A DNA stretch of 64,000 nt from a virus (taxonomy: Duplodnaviria; Caudoviricetes): IMG/VR virus record IMGVR_UViG_640753059_000001; one strand, given 5' to 3'. This document shows positions 8,260-16,972 of the stretch, piece after piece (within the stretch, counting starts at the first letter, position 1; each line of letters begins with the position of its first letter). The notes below the pieces were generated by a model. That model worked only from the letters and a program-made list of their open reading frames with translations. It had not been told where the DNA came from and ran no database searches. The position numbers and the translations under genes were made by a program.

Positions 8260-8976
8260 TCATTCGGTTATCCGATTGAGGATCCCCCGAACAATTGCCA
8301 GCACGCTCACGACCATGCCGTCGTCCGCCTCAAAGTCCGTTGTCACGACGATCGGCTTGTGCTTCTGGCTGGTCGACCGAGGATGGAACACGAACCGATC
8401 GTCCAGCACCTCGAGCTGCTTGACCGACCATTCTCGCATCTGGCCGCCAAGTGCCGCCCGCTCGACGACCACGATCATTCCGTTCCGTAGCGGGTGACGG
8501 TCGGCAATGTCCTCGTAGTCGACACAGATCAGGGTCGCGCCTTCTAGGATCGGCACTGGCTTCAGTGCATTCATGCTATCGCCGGCAACTCGGAATGCGA
8601 CCTGTCTTGCGTCAGGCCAGCGCTTGTCCGGCTCGGCGGGCACGAACTCAGGTTCGTCCTGGTTGCTGTCGTCGGCTTCGCGGAAGGTGCCTGCCTCGAC
8701 CGTGCCGGCAACCGGGATCGTCGATCCCTGCGTGACCCGAACCAGCTCGGCCGAGGGAGAGTCTGCCGTTCCTTCGTTCCCGCCCTGGGATTGCCCGAGC
8801 ACTTCAGCCTTCGTCACCTCGAACGCTTTGGCCGCCAAATCGATCGTTCGCTCGGTTAGTCCACGCTCGCCGCGTTCCAACTTGATGAATTGCCCACGAG
8901 ACACGCCCATGCGCTCGGCCGCCTCGTCGTGCGTCCACCCCTTTGCCAGTCGAAGGTCGCGAAGAGCGTTTCCCAT
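8260..8976 (-). CDS. cI: CI-like repressor (HTH + S24 autopeptidase)
   Basis: HTH WTHDEAAERMGVSRGQFIKLERG; Ala-Gly site VEAG; GDSM Ser and SVK Lys; divergent from cro; start taken at ATG 8976. Confidence 0.92.
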   Translation of the reverse strand: MGNALRDLRLAKGWTHDEAAERMGVSRGQFIKLERGERGLTERTIDLAAKAFEVTKAEVLGQSQGGNEGTADSPSAELVRVTQGSTIPVAGTVEAGTFREADDSNQDEPEFVPAEPDKRWPDARQVAFRVAGDSMNALKPVPILEGATLICVDYEDIADRHPLRNGMIVVVERAALGGQMREWSVKQLEVLDDRFVFHPRSTSQKHKPIVVTTDFEADDGMVVSVLAIVRGILNRITE

Positions 8977-8987
8977 TGGAATGAGTT

Positions 8988-9056
8988 TTACCCTACCGGG
9001 GGATTTCGAAAGTTCCCCTTTCTGGGGTTGACTTAGTTCCCCCGAAAGGGGAATAT
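8988..9056 (+). promoter_or_regulatory. OR1-3 operators and PR/PRM
   Basis: 17-bp sites at 8988-9004, 9013-9029, 9037-9053; TTGACT(9028)-17nt-GAATAT. Confidence 0.85.
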
Positions 9057-9063
9057 TGGACCC

Positions 9064-9297
9064 ATGAAGCTCATCGACTACATGCGGGCGTACGGGCTCG
9101 ATGACGACGCGATGGCCTCGAAAATCGGAGGCATCACTTCGCATGGCATTCGGAAAATCAAATACGGCGAGCGAAATCCGTCCGCCGGGGTAGCGGCCCG
9201 CATCCAAGTCGTCACGGCCGGCAAGGTCACGCTGGCTGATCTGGTGAAGCACCAGCCGGCGCCCGCTGTGGAGCGGAAGCAGGGGAGCGCAGCGTGA
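9064..9297 (+). CDS. cro: Cro-like repressor
   Basis: Short HTH, KIKYGERNPS...TAGKVTLADL; divergent from cI. Confidence 0.85.
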   Translation: MKLIDYMRAYGLDDDAMASKIGGITSHGIRKIKYGERNPSAGVAARIQVVTAGKVTLADLVKHQPAPAVERKQGSAA

Positions 9298-9310
9298 GCA
9301 TCGTCGTCCC

Positions 9311-9916
9311 TTACTGGCTCGCTGCGGTGATGATCTGGATATGGATCGTGTGCTTGCTCGGCCATGCCTTCCTCTTCCTCGCCTGGGTCTGGGAAATCAG
9401 GAAGGCGGTCAACCGGACGCTCGACGCGATCCGGCTGGTGGATGTCGAGGTCTGCCGGCTCTCGGGAAGCATCACGAGGAAATCCTCATGATGGAAATCG
9501 CCCGACCCCATCCTGATAAATCCGCCGCCGAAGAATTCAACGATGGATCCTTCGTGAGCTACTTCGAGCTTTGGGCCGACGACGTTACCCGGGGATCGCG
9601 GCAGCTTGGCTACTGGCGCGTGCCATTCGCCTTCGGGGTTCAGCTCCATCGCATCCCAATAAGGGATGATGCCCGCGCCCTTTGGCCTGTCGATGCGCAG
9701 TTCCGTCATGGTGACACCCTCGTTGGAGCGCGACCGCAGGGTGACCCGGATCAAATGCCATGGGTGGGCGAAGCGCTCATCCTTGACGGTTTCGACCCCG
9801 ACGATCGGCGAATGGATCGCCTGTTCACGTCTCCACGCCAGCCAGTGGAGAGCCAAGCTCCCGAAGCTGACCAGAAGGGCAAGCGACGCAACAATCTCCG
9901 CATAGCCAATAGCCAT
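9311..9916 (-). CDS. Membrane-anchored accessory protein, antisense to PR operon
   Basis: N-terminal TM MAIGYAEIVASLALLVSFGSLALHWLAWRR. Confidence 0.6.
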   Translation of the reverse strand: MAIGYAEIVASLALLVSFGSLALHWLAWRREQAIHSPIVGVETVKDERFAHPWHLIRVTLRSRSNEGVTMTELRIDRPKGAGIIPYWDAMELNPEGEWHAPVAKLPRSPGNVVGPKLEVAHEGSIVEFFGGGFIRMGSGDFHHEDFLVMLPESRQTSTSTSRIASSVRLTAFLISQTQARKRKAWPSKHTIHIQIITAASQ

Positions 9917-10044
9917 GTCTTCACCATCGAATCGGTGTTGCAACCTTCGATGGTGGAGCATCCGCTGCCGGCCGGGCAATCCTGCCCTGACCTGTCCGTG
10001 CCGGCAGCGGGACGCGCCACATACGTCGGGCGGAGGGCTGCCTG

Positions 10045-10281
10045 ATGTCCGAATTCACCCCCGTCACCACCATCGAAGACCTCATGTCACTCGACACCGT
10101 CGAGATGGTCGACGGCTATTGGGATGGCTGGCACGGCGCTCCCGAGCCCGGCAACAACCGGTCCCGCGCCTACTGGCACGGCTGGAGGAACGGCGCTGCC
10201 GATGCTGGGCACCGGGAGAAGGACGCCCACCAGATGGAACTGGCGCGGGCGTTCGTCGCCTTTCGGCGGAGGGCTGCCTAA
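10045..10281 (+). CDS. Hypothetical protein
   Basis: GYWDG...NRSRAYWHGWRNG; coupled. Confidence 0.7.
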   Translation: MSEFTPVTTIEDLMSLDTVEMVDGYWDGWHGAPEPGNNRSRAYWHGWRNGAADAGHREKDAHQMELARAFVAFRRRAA

Positions 10282-10658
10282 TGAAGCGCACGCCCGAAGC
10301 CGTCGCCCGGATGAAGCGCCTCGCCGAGGCGGGAGCGTTGACCAGCACGATTGCTCGCGACATCGGCGTCTCGCCCGCCTCCATCATCAAATGGGCCAAG
10401 CGCGAAGGCGTCCGGCTGATGACGCGATCGGAGGCTGGCAAGCGCCGGGCGGAGGACCCTGGCGAGCGCTCGCGGCTGGTGGAACTTTCCCGCCGGGGAG
10501 GGGAGGCGCTGAAGCGCAAGTTGGGGCTGTCTTCCATCGTTCCGCACTGGGTGCCGAGCGATCTGAGCGACGACTATGCCGATTTCGCCGTGCTCTATGG
10601 CGAGGAGTGCGCCGCCTCGCGCATCCGCCAGATGAAGGCGGAGGCGCTGACGTGCTGA
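10281..10658 (+). CDS. HTH protein
   Basis: TSTIARDIGVSPASIIKWAKREG; TAATG coupling. Confidence 0.65.
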   Translation: MKRTPEAVARMKRLAEAGALTSTIARDIGVSPASIIKWAKREGVRLMTRSEAGKRRAEDPGERSRLVELSRRGGEALKRKLGLSSIVPHWVPSDLSDDYADFAVLYGEECAASRIRQMKAEALTC

Positions 10659-11202
10659 CCTCACCCGCCCGGCACCTCGTGGCTGACCCTCATCCGGCGC
10701 GCATCGGCGCATGCGCTCGTCATAGCGTCTGCGGTGATAGGCATGGACGGCCGCAGGTATCCGGCCTCCGCCTCGATGTAGCGGAGGAGGCTTTCCCCGC
10801 GGTCGCTGCGTTCGCGCGCGATCCCGGCGAGCAGCGTTGCGAACATCCGCGTCGTCCCAATCGACGGCATCCTCTTCTCCATGATGGGGCGCCGGCCGGC
10901 ACTGAGCGCGACTTCTCCGCCGGCCGGCGCACGGGCGGCGGCGCGAGGGGCGATGCGCGCGGCCCGATCCGATTTGAGCTTGTCCACGATGGCGCCCGCC
11001 AGGGCACCGATCGGGATGAAACCGTCGTTCCCCAGGTCGGCTTCCTCCCGACCCACTTCGGCGTGCCCGGTTCCCGCCGGGCCGCCGCTTCTATCCGCGC
11101 TCGCCGCAGCACGTCCTGCAAGATCATCTGCGGTGAGCAACATCGTTCCGTCTCCAAAGCAACGTCTCCGATGTCCTCAAGATGGCACATCGGAGATAGG
11201 CC

Positions 11203-11571
11203 GTGGCGGGTAAGTCACCCACGCGCGCGGGTAAATCACCCGCGCCAAATCCCGGAGCAAAGGTGATGTCTTCGGTTGCGGAAGCGAGAAGCCTGATCAT
11301 CCAGATCGCTGGACCCATCTCGCTCGGAGAGCGGGTCAAGACTGTTCTCGCTTTCGTTGCTGAACGCGCCGGACTTCCGGAACGCCGCATTCGAGGCATT
11401 TGGCATCGCGAGGCAAAAGCGGTGCTCGCCGACGAGCTCGAAGCCCTGAAACGCGCTGCCGAACTGCGCCATCGAGAAGAGGCCATCCATGCCCGCAATC
11501 TGGAAACCAGGGCTCGTCTGGCGTGTCGCGGCGCCGCTGCTGCCGGGCGGGTGGAAGGTCCGGATTTCTGA
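11203..11571 (+). CDS. CII-like/HTH regulator (start may be 11266)
   Basis: VAERAGLPERRIRGIWHREA helix-turn-helix-like segment. Confidence 0.55.
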   Translation: MAGKSPTRAGKSPAPNPGAKVMSSVAEARSLIIQIAGPISLGERVKTVLAFVAERAGLPERRIRGIWHREAKAVLADELEALKRAAELRHREEAIHARNLETRARLACRGAAAAGRVEGPDF

Positions 11572-11761
11572 ATTCTACGCGGCATCTGCGGAATACCGCT
11601 CGCGGCTGTCCGACTGGCTGATCGGGAGGCGCGTGGAATGAAGAAACCGGACGCCGCGCATCACAGCCCGCACTGATTTTGCGGCTTCGGCCGCTCTTCA
11701 TCACCGACCCACGCCAACCGGCATTTCGCCGGGCGCCTTCGTGCGCCCTGAAGGAGGACCC

Positions 11762-12382
11762 ATGTCCGAGATCCCGACGATGGCTTCGCCCGAAACGGCG
11801 GAGCTGATCAAGACGCTCACGAGGCGGCTCACACCGACCGACGCGAGGCTGAACTACCTCACGGACCTCCTCAAGCCGATGCTGGGCGTGGGCGAGCCGG
11901 AAGACCGGAATGCCTTCTATGCAGCCTCCCGCATGCTGGGCTGCACTCCCGCCTTCGCGAAGAACGTGGTCGGCGCCGTCGCCCGGCGGGGTTCCGCGAA
12001 GGCGTGGCGCAGATGGAGAGCGCGGAAGCCGGCCCTGCCGGTGTTCGAGGTGCCGCCGCTGGCGCCGAACATCGTGGGATTTGTCTATTTCGCCAGCCCC
12101 CTCTCGGCGCCGAACGTCGTGAAAATCGGAATTTCCACCAACCTCGAACGGCGCTTGCGCGACCTGGAGGTGGAGACCGGCGAAGAGCACCGGATCGCGC
12201 GCTGGTTCGTTGGCACGACGGTGGACGAGGCCGTGGCGCAGTTCGCGGTCGCGGGCAGGCGCATCACCGGCAAATGGTTCAAGACCGAAGAACCGGGACA
12301 GATCCCCGGCTTCCTCCCGATGGGCCTGGATGGCATGCGGCAGGTCCTCGGCGCGGACCTCCTGACGGGGAGGGCGGTGTGA
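11762..12382 (+). CDS. GIY-YIG (T5orf172-like) domain protein
   Basis: GFVYF..VKIGIS.NLERRLRDL..GKWF; AGGAGG SD. Confidence 0.75.
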   Translation: MSEIPTMASPETAELIKTLTRRLTPTDARLNYLTDLLKPMLGVGEPEDRNAFYAASRMLGCTPAFAKNVVGAVARRGSAKAWRRWRARKPALPVFEVPPLAPNIVGFVYFASPLSAPNVVKIGISTNLERRLRDLEVETGEEHRIARWFVGTTVDEAVAQFAVAGRRITGKWFKTEEPGQIPGFLPMGLDGMRQVLGADLLTGRAV

Positions 12383-12570
12383 TGCCTCGACGCGTCATCT
12401 CGAACATCACACGCTCCGTCGCGCCGATCCATCGCTGCAGCTGGCGCATTCGCACGTTTCACGGTCCTCGCCTCTACTCAGTCGACGGGGTGCGCGAGCC
12501 ATTCACCTTGGACCGAGTGGTGGCCATCAGCCTCCCCCTGATCCACTGGCTCGGCCGAGGCGCGACATGA
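12382..12570 (+). CDS. Hypothetical protein
   Basis: TGATG and ATGA coupling. Confidence 0.45.
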   Translation: MPRRVISNITRSVAPIHRCSWRIRTFHGPRLYSVDGVREPFTLDRVVAISLPLIHWLGRGAT

Positions 12571-12803
12571 CGGTCTCGCTTCTCCATCAGGCCGAAGAGG
12601 TCGAACTCGACTTCGTGGAATACCGCGACTGGATCGAGATCCTTGAGAGCACCAAGGACGAGAAGTCCCGGCGGACCCCGGAACAAATCTCCAACATGAA
12701 GATCCGGCTCACCCGAAAGGAGGCTGCGGCCGAGACGCTGCGCCGCCTCGCGGACCGCGCGGAAGCGCGTCGCGTGGCCGATCAGGGGAGCGCCGCAGAA
12801 TGA
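12567..12803 (+). CDS. Hypothetical protein
   Basis: Coupled ORF. Confidence 0.6.
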   Translation: MTVSLLHQAEEVELDFVEYRDWIEILESTKDEKSRRTPEQISNMKIRLTRKEAAAETLRRLADRAEARRVADQGSAAE

Positions 12804-13384
12804 ACGGGCTATGGCAGTTCGGCGACCTCAAGATGTTCGGCTACGACCTGATCGTCGCCGATCCGCCATGGGATTTCGAGCTCTACTCGGAGGCCGGCGA
12901 AGGCAAATCCGCCAAAGCCCACTATGGAACGATGAAGCTCGACGAGATCGCGGCGCTGCGCGTGGGAGACCTCGCGCGGGGCGATTGCTTGCTGTTGCTC
13001 TGGTGCTGTGAGTGGATGCCACCCGCCGCCCGTCAACGTGTGCTGGATGCCTGGGGTTTCACCTACAAGACCACGATCATTTGGCGGAAGGTGACACGCG
13101 CCGGGAAGGTGCGGATGGGGCCCGGCTATCGCGCCAGGACCATGCACGAACCGGTGATTGTCGCGACCGTCGGCAATCCCAAGCACACCCCATTCTCATC
13201 CGTCTTCGACGGCGTGGCCCGCGAGCACAGTCGCAAGCCCGAGGCATTCTATCGGATGGTGGAGGCCGCAGCGCCAAAGGCCGCTCGTGCTGACCTGTTC
13301 TCACGCCAGCGTCGCGACGGCTGGGATGCCTTCGGCAACGAGGTGGAGAAGTTCGACCAGCCTCCAGCGGAGGCGGCCGAATGA
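12800..13384 (+). CDS. MT-A70-family N6-adenine methyltransferase
   Basis: IVADPPW, AWGFTYKT, HSRKPE, LFSR..RDGWDAFGNE. Confidence 0.92.
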   Translation: MNGLWQFGDLKMFGYDLIVADPPWDFELYSEAGEGKSAKAHYGTMKLDEIAALRVGDLARGDCLLLLWCCEWMPPAARQRVLDAWGFTYKTTIIWRKVTRAGKVRMGPGYRARTMHEPVIVATVGNPKHTPFSSVFDGVAREHSRKPEAFYRMVEAAAPKAARADLFSRQRRDGWDAFGNEVEKFDQPPAEAAE

Positions 13385-14733
13385 ACGCGCACATCCTCAC
13401 CGGCGGCGAGGTCACCACCGGCCGGCGGAAGCCGTCGGACCTGGTGGCCGAATACGAGATGAAGGTAGAGGCTGTTCCGGCGGCCCTTGCCGAGTTCGAG
13501 GCGGCGCAGAACGCCGTGAAGATGGCCGCTTCCATCGGCGGGACGTGGGGCAACCGCACACTGGAGACCGGCCGGCTTGGCGAGCGCGACATGCTAGCGG
13601 CACTGCTCGGCTCAGCATGGCGCCACACCTACCAGCTCTATGCGCTGGAGAATTTTGCGTCTGCGGCCGACAAGAAGCGCATTGAGCAGATGTTTGCGGA
13701 CCCGCCGCCCTTCACGGTGGAGAACATCCGCGAGCGTTTCGGCGCCTACATCATGGACCCGTGGGGCTCGATCCTGCGCGGGCTGGCAGAACAGTTTGCG
13801 GGCCTTGACCCGGCGTTCAAGAGCCACGAGAAGATGAAGATCGGTGTCAGCGGGTTGCCCAAGCGGGTGATCCTGTCCGGCTTCAGCGAATACAGCTCGT
13901 GCTATGGCGCAGAGCGGGTGCGGGACATTGTGAATGCGCTTGCCGCCTATCAGGGCAAGCCGCTCCTGACGCACCGCGAGCTTGCAGCCCTGATCCGGGA
14001 CGGCAACGCGCTGATCGAAGATGGCGTCGTCCCAGCAGACAAATACAACGAAGCGGTCAAGGTTATCGGACGCGGCGTCTGGCTCAAGCGTTTCCAGAAT
14101 GGGAACGGGCATCTGTTCTTCGGCCCCCAGGCTCTAGCGGATGTGAACCGCGCCCTTTCGGAATTCTATGGCGACGTGCTGCCGGACACTGCGGAAGAAA
14201 AGCCGGCCAAACCGCGCGCGAGCACCGCAGTCGCGAAAGACCTTCAGTATTACCCGACGCCCGAGATGGTGGTGGAGCGGGTGCTGTGCGACCTTTACGT
14301 CAAGCCCGGAGAGCGCGTGCTGGAGCCGTCCTGCGGCTGCGGCCGGTTCATGGACGCGCTGCGCACTCGTGGCGCCCGTGTATTCGGGATCGAAGTGGAC
14401 CCAGGCCGGGCGGCGCAGTGCCGATCCAAGGGTCATAGCGTGCTCACGGCCAATTTCCTTGAGGCAGAGCCGACAGGCGAATTCGATCGCGTGGTGATGA
14501 ACCCACCATTTTGGTCGAAGCACTATGCCAAGCATGTCAACCACGCCCTTCGGTTCCTGAAGCCCGGCGGCGTGTTGACGGCCATCCTTCCCGCCACGGC
14601 CCGTTATGACCACGGCCTTCTCGACGGGAAGTGGAATGACCTCCCTGTCGGCTCCTTCAGTGAGAGCGGGACGAATATCTGCACCACAGTCCTGACCATC
14701 CACAAGACCAACGAATACCAAGGGGGCAGGTGA
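13381..14733 (+). CDS. DUF4942-like domain fused to N6-adenine DNA methyltransferase
   Basis: KRFQNGNGHL; YYPTP; VLEPSCGCG SAM motif; VMNPPF catalytic motif. Confidence 0.85.
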   Translation: MNAHILTGGEVTTGRRKPSDLVAEYEMKVEAVPAALAEFEAAQNAVKMAASIGGTWGNRTLETGRLGERDMLAALLGSAWRHTYQLYALENFASAADKKRIEQMFADPPPFTVENIRERFGAYIMDPWGSILRGLAEQFAGLDPAFKSHEKMKIGVSGLPKRVILSGFSEYSSCYGAERVRDIVNALAAYQGKPLLTHRELAALIRDGNALIEDGVVPADKYNEAVKVIGRGVWLKRFQNGNGHLFFGPQALADVNRALSEFYGDVLPDTAEEKPAKPRASTAVAKDLQYYPTPEMVVERVLCDLYVKPGERVLEPSCGCGRFMDALRTRGARVFGIEVDPGRAAQCRSKGHSVLTANFLEAEPTGEFDRVVMNPPFWSKHYAKHVNHALRFLKPGGVLTAILPATARYDHGLLDGKWNDLPVGSFSESGTNICTTVLTIHKTNEYQGGR

Positions 14734-14981
14734 TGACTGCGCACAAGATTGATCCCCTCCTCGCCGCACTCCGCTGTGCCCACACAGATATGGAGCCTGT
14801 AGAGGTGACCAAGAATGGCGCCGTAAGCCTGAAGGACAGAGCAATCGACCTCTGGCATGACGGAGCGGACACGCTGGATATCGCACATGCGCTCAGCGTG
14901 GCCGAATGCTGGGTTCTTCGCATCATCAACCGCCATAGGTCTGAGCAGATCGCGGCGGGGACAAGAGGGGCGGCAGAATGA
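14730..14981 (+). CDS. Small HTH protein
   Basis: DTLDIAHALSVAECWV. Confidence 0.6.
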   Translation: MMTAHKIDPLLAALRCAHTDMEPVEVTKNGAVSLKDRAIDLWHDGADTLDIAHALSVAECWVLRIINRHRSEQIAAGTRGAAE

Positions 14982-15829
14982 CGGACTGGTTCCGTTCGTG
15001 GCATGGCGCGCCAACTGATCCAAAATGGCTTGGCATCGCACGGAAGGCAGGCGTTGCCCCCGGCATCGCTGTAGCTGTGGCATGGGCACTCATGGACCGT
15101 GCATCGCAGGCCGATGACCGTGGGAGCATCGCCGGGTATGACGCCGATGGCCTCGCATGTTTCTTCGGCTGCGATCCAGAGCAGGTAGATGCCATCGTTT
15201 CTGCCATGGAGGAGAAGGGCGTCGTTGACGGCGGGAGGCTTTCCAACTGGGAGAAGCGCCAGCCGAAACGCGAAGATACGAGCACGCAACGCGTCAAAGA
15301 ATACAGGGAACGCAACAAGGTTGGCGTGAAACGCGATGTAACGCAGTGTAACGCCCCAGAAGCAGATACAGAGGCAGATACAGAGGTAGAAGAATTATCC
15401 CCCTCACTTCCTTCGGAAGTTCGCCCCCTTGCGCCAACGGAGCGGGGCTCGTTCCTGAACCCGGACTGGGCGCCCTCCGACGCCGCGATGGCATTGGCGA
15501 TCACTGAGCTTGGTGGTCAGGCCGAGGCGAGCCGAACGCTGGAGAAGTTTCGGAACTACTGGCTTTCGAAATCCGGGAAGGACGGCCGAAAGCGCGACTG
15601 GGAGCGGACGTGGCGCAATTGGGTGATGACCGAGATGGACCGTGGAGGAAGGCATGGCAAACGAACTGGCAGTGGGGTCGGTAACCCGCCGCGAGGCCCT
15701 ACTAAATCCGAGCTTAACCGCGCCGCCATGGTTGAAGTCCTCACTGGACGCGCTGACAGCCGACTATCCGCCTCGGCTTCCCCATCACGCTGGGCTGACG
15801 GAGGGCCAGAGGGTGCGGGTGGAAGCTAG
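14978..15829 (+). CDS. Replication initiator (lambda O-like, DnaT-like C-terminus)
   Basis: WFRSWHG..DPKW, NWEKRQ, KFRNYW...DWERTWRNW; internal iterons. Confidence 0.8.
   Translation: MTDWFRSWHGAPTDPKWLGIARKAGVAPGIAVAVAWALMDRASQADDRGSIAGYDADGLACFFGCDPEQVDAIVSAMEEKGVVDGGRLSNWEKRQPKREDTSTQRVKEYRERNKVGVKRDVTQCNAPEADTEADTEVEELSPSLPSEVRPLAPTERGSFLNPDWAPSDAAMALAITELGGQAEASRTLEKFRNYWLSKSGKDGRKRDWERTWRNWVMTEMDRGGRHGKRTGSGVGNPPRGPTKSELNRAAMVEVLTGRADSRLSASASPSRWADGGPEGAGGS
15327..15395. repeat. Putative origin iterons within initiator gene
   Basis: TG(A/T)AACGC x3 at 10-nt period (15327, 15337, 15347), then GCAGATACAGAG x2. Confidence 0.6.
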
Positions 15830-16310
15830 GCTGGCCCGTTTGGTGGATTGCCTGAAGCCGGCCAGCTCCGATGAGGCTGCGGCGTTCATCGTCTCGGTGC
15901 AAGACCAGTTCGCGCCGCCGGACATGGACCCTGATGCACTGCGCCGGCGGCAGGAGGGGTTCCTGATCGCACTGGAGGGCGTCCCTGCTTTCGCGTTGGA
16001 TGAGGCCTATCGGCTGATCCTTCAGAAGAAGGCCGGCTTTGATCCCCGGTACATGCCTAGGGCGCCAGAGCTGCGGGGCTTGCTGGACAGGATCGCGGAG
16101 AATGCCATCGCGCATCGCGTTCAGCTCCACAGGCTTTTGCAGGCGAAAGTGGAGACGCCCCGGATGCCGGCAGGACCGCGCGTGCTGCCGCCCGAAGTGG
16201 TCGCGCTCCTGGCCCGCCCGGAAGGCGAGAAGGTCCGGCGCCGTCATCCCCCGAACCCTTCCGGCGTCGATCACTCGGAGCCGTACCACTTCTCGGTCAA
16301 AGGTGAATGA
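15654..16310 (+). CDS. Replication-associated protein (helicase-loader position)
   Basis: GGAGG SD; ALEGVPAFAL..YMPRAPEL; follows initiator. Confidence 0.6.
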   Translation: MANELAVGSVTRREALLNPSLTAPPWLKSSLDALTADYPPRLPHHAGLTEGQRVRVEARLARLVDCLKPASSDEAAAFIVSVQDQFAPPDMDPDALRRRQEGFLIALEGVPAFALDEAYRLILQKKAGFDPRYMPRAPELRGLLDRIAENAIAHRVQLHRLLQAKVETPRMPAGPRVLPPEVVALLARPEGEKVRRRHPPNPSGVDHSEPYHFSVKGE

Positions 16311-16311
16311 C

Positions 16312-16788
16312 ATGGCTGGATCTGTGAATAAGTGCATTATTGTCGGCCACTTGGGCCGTGATCCAGAGCTGAAAAGCTTTCAATCTGGTGGTCGGGCCTG
16401 TAATCTGAGTGTCGCGACTTCCGAACACTGGCGTGACAAGGCGTCGGGGGACCGGAAAGAGCGGACTGAGTGGCATTCTGTTGTGATCTACAACGAAAAC
16501 TTGATTGGAGTAGCCGAGCGCTACCTCAAGAAGGGATCGAAAGTCTACCTCGAAGGCCAGATCGAAACCCGGAAGTACGAGAAGGACGGCCGCGAGGTGT
16601 ACACGACCGAAATAGTCCTCCGGCCCTATCGCGGCGAGCTTGTATTGCTCGATAGCGCGCCAGATGAGCTGGGATCATCACAGGCGGTCGAATTTGGCTC
16701 CGGGGCTATCGGAGGGCGGCGCGGCGCTGAACGGGCGCCAGCGGCTTCTGGAAGCGATTTTGACGATAGCTCCGATATCCCATTTTGA
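16312..16788 (+). CDS. ssb: Single-stranded DNA-binding protein
   Basis: MAGSVNKCIIVGHLGRDPE, TEWH, KGSKVYLEG, acidic DIPF tail. Confidence 0.97.
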   Translation: MAGSVNKCIIVGHLGRDPELKSFQSGGRACNLSVATSEHWRDKASGDRKERTEWHSVVIYNENLIGVAERYLKKGSKVYLEGQIETRKYEKDGREVYTTEIVLRPYRGELVLLDSAPDELGSSQAVEFGSGAIGGRRGAERAPAASGSDFDDSSDIPF

Positions 16789-16798
16789 GGAGGCGGGA

Positions 16799-16972
16799 AT
16801 GCAGCGGTTTATCGAGGCAGCTACGCCCTACCTCATGGGCGCGCTAATCGCGCTGACAGTGTGGGCAATGGCAGGGCGCGAAAAGTTGCGCGGTGAGGCA
16901 ACAGAGGCCCGCGTCAAGTGCGAGGTCCTGACTAAGTTGTTGGAGCGTTACGAGGCCAACGGGGGAAAGTGA
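16799..16972 (+). CDS. Small membrane protein
   Basis: GAGGAGG SD; one TM. Confidence 0.55.
   Translation: MQRFIEAATPYLMGALIALTVWAMAGREKLRGEATEARVKCEVLTKLLERYEANGGK

Noticed and set aside
10661-11143. Minus-strand 160-aa gene
   Set aside because: Possible real gene filling a gap, but no motif or clear start; not enough support to call
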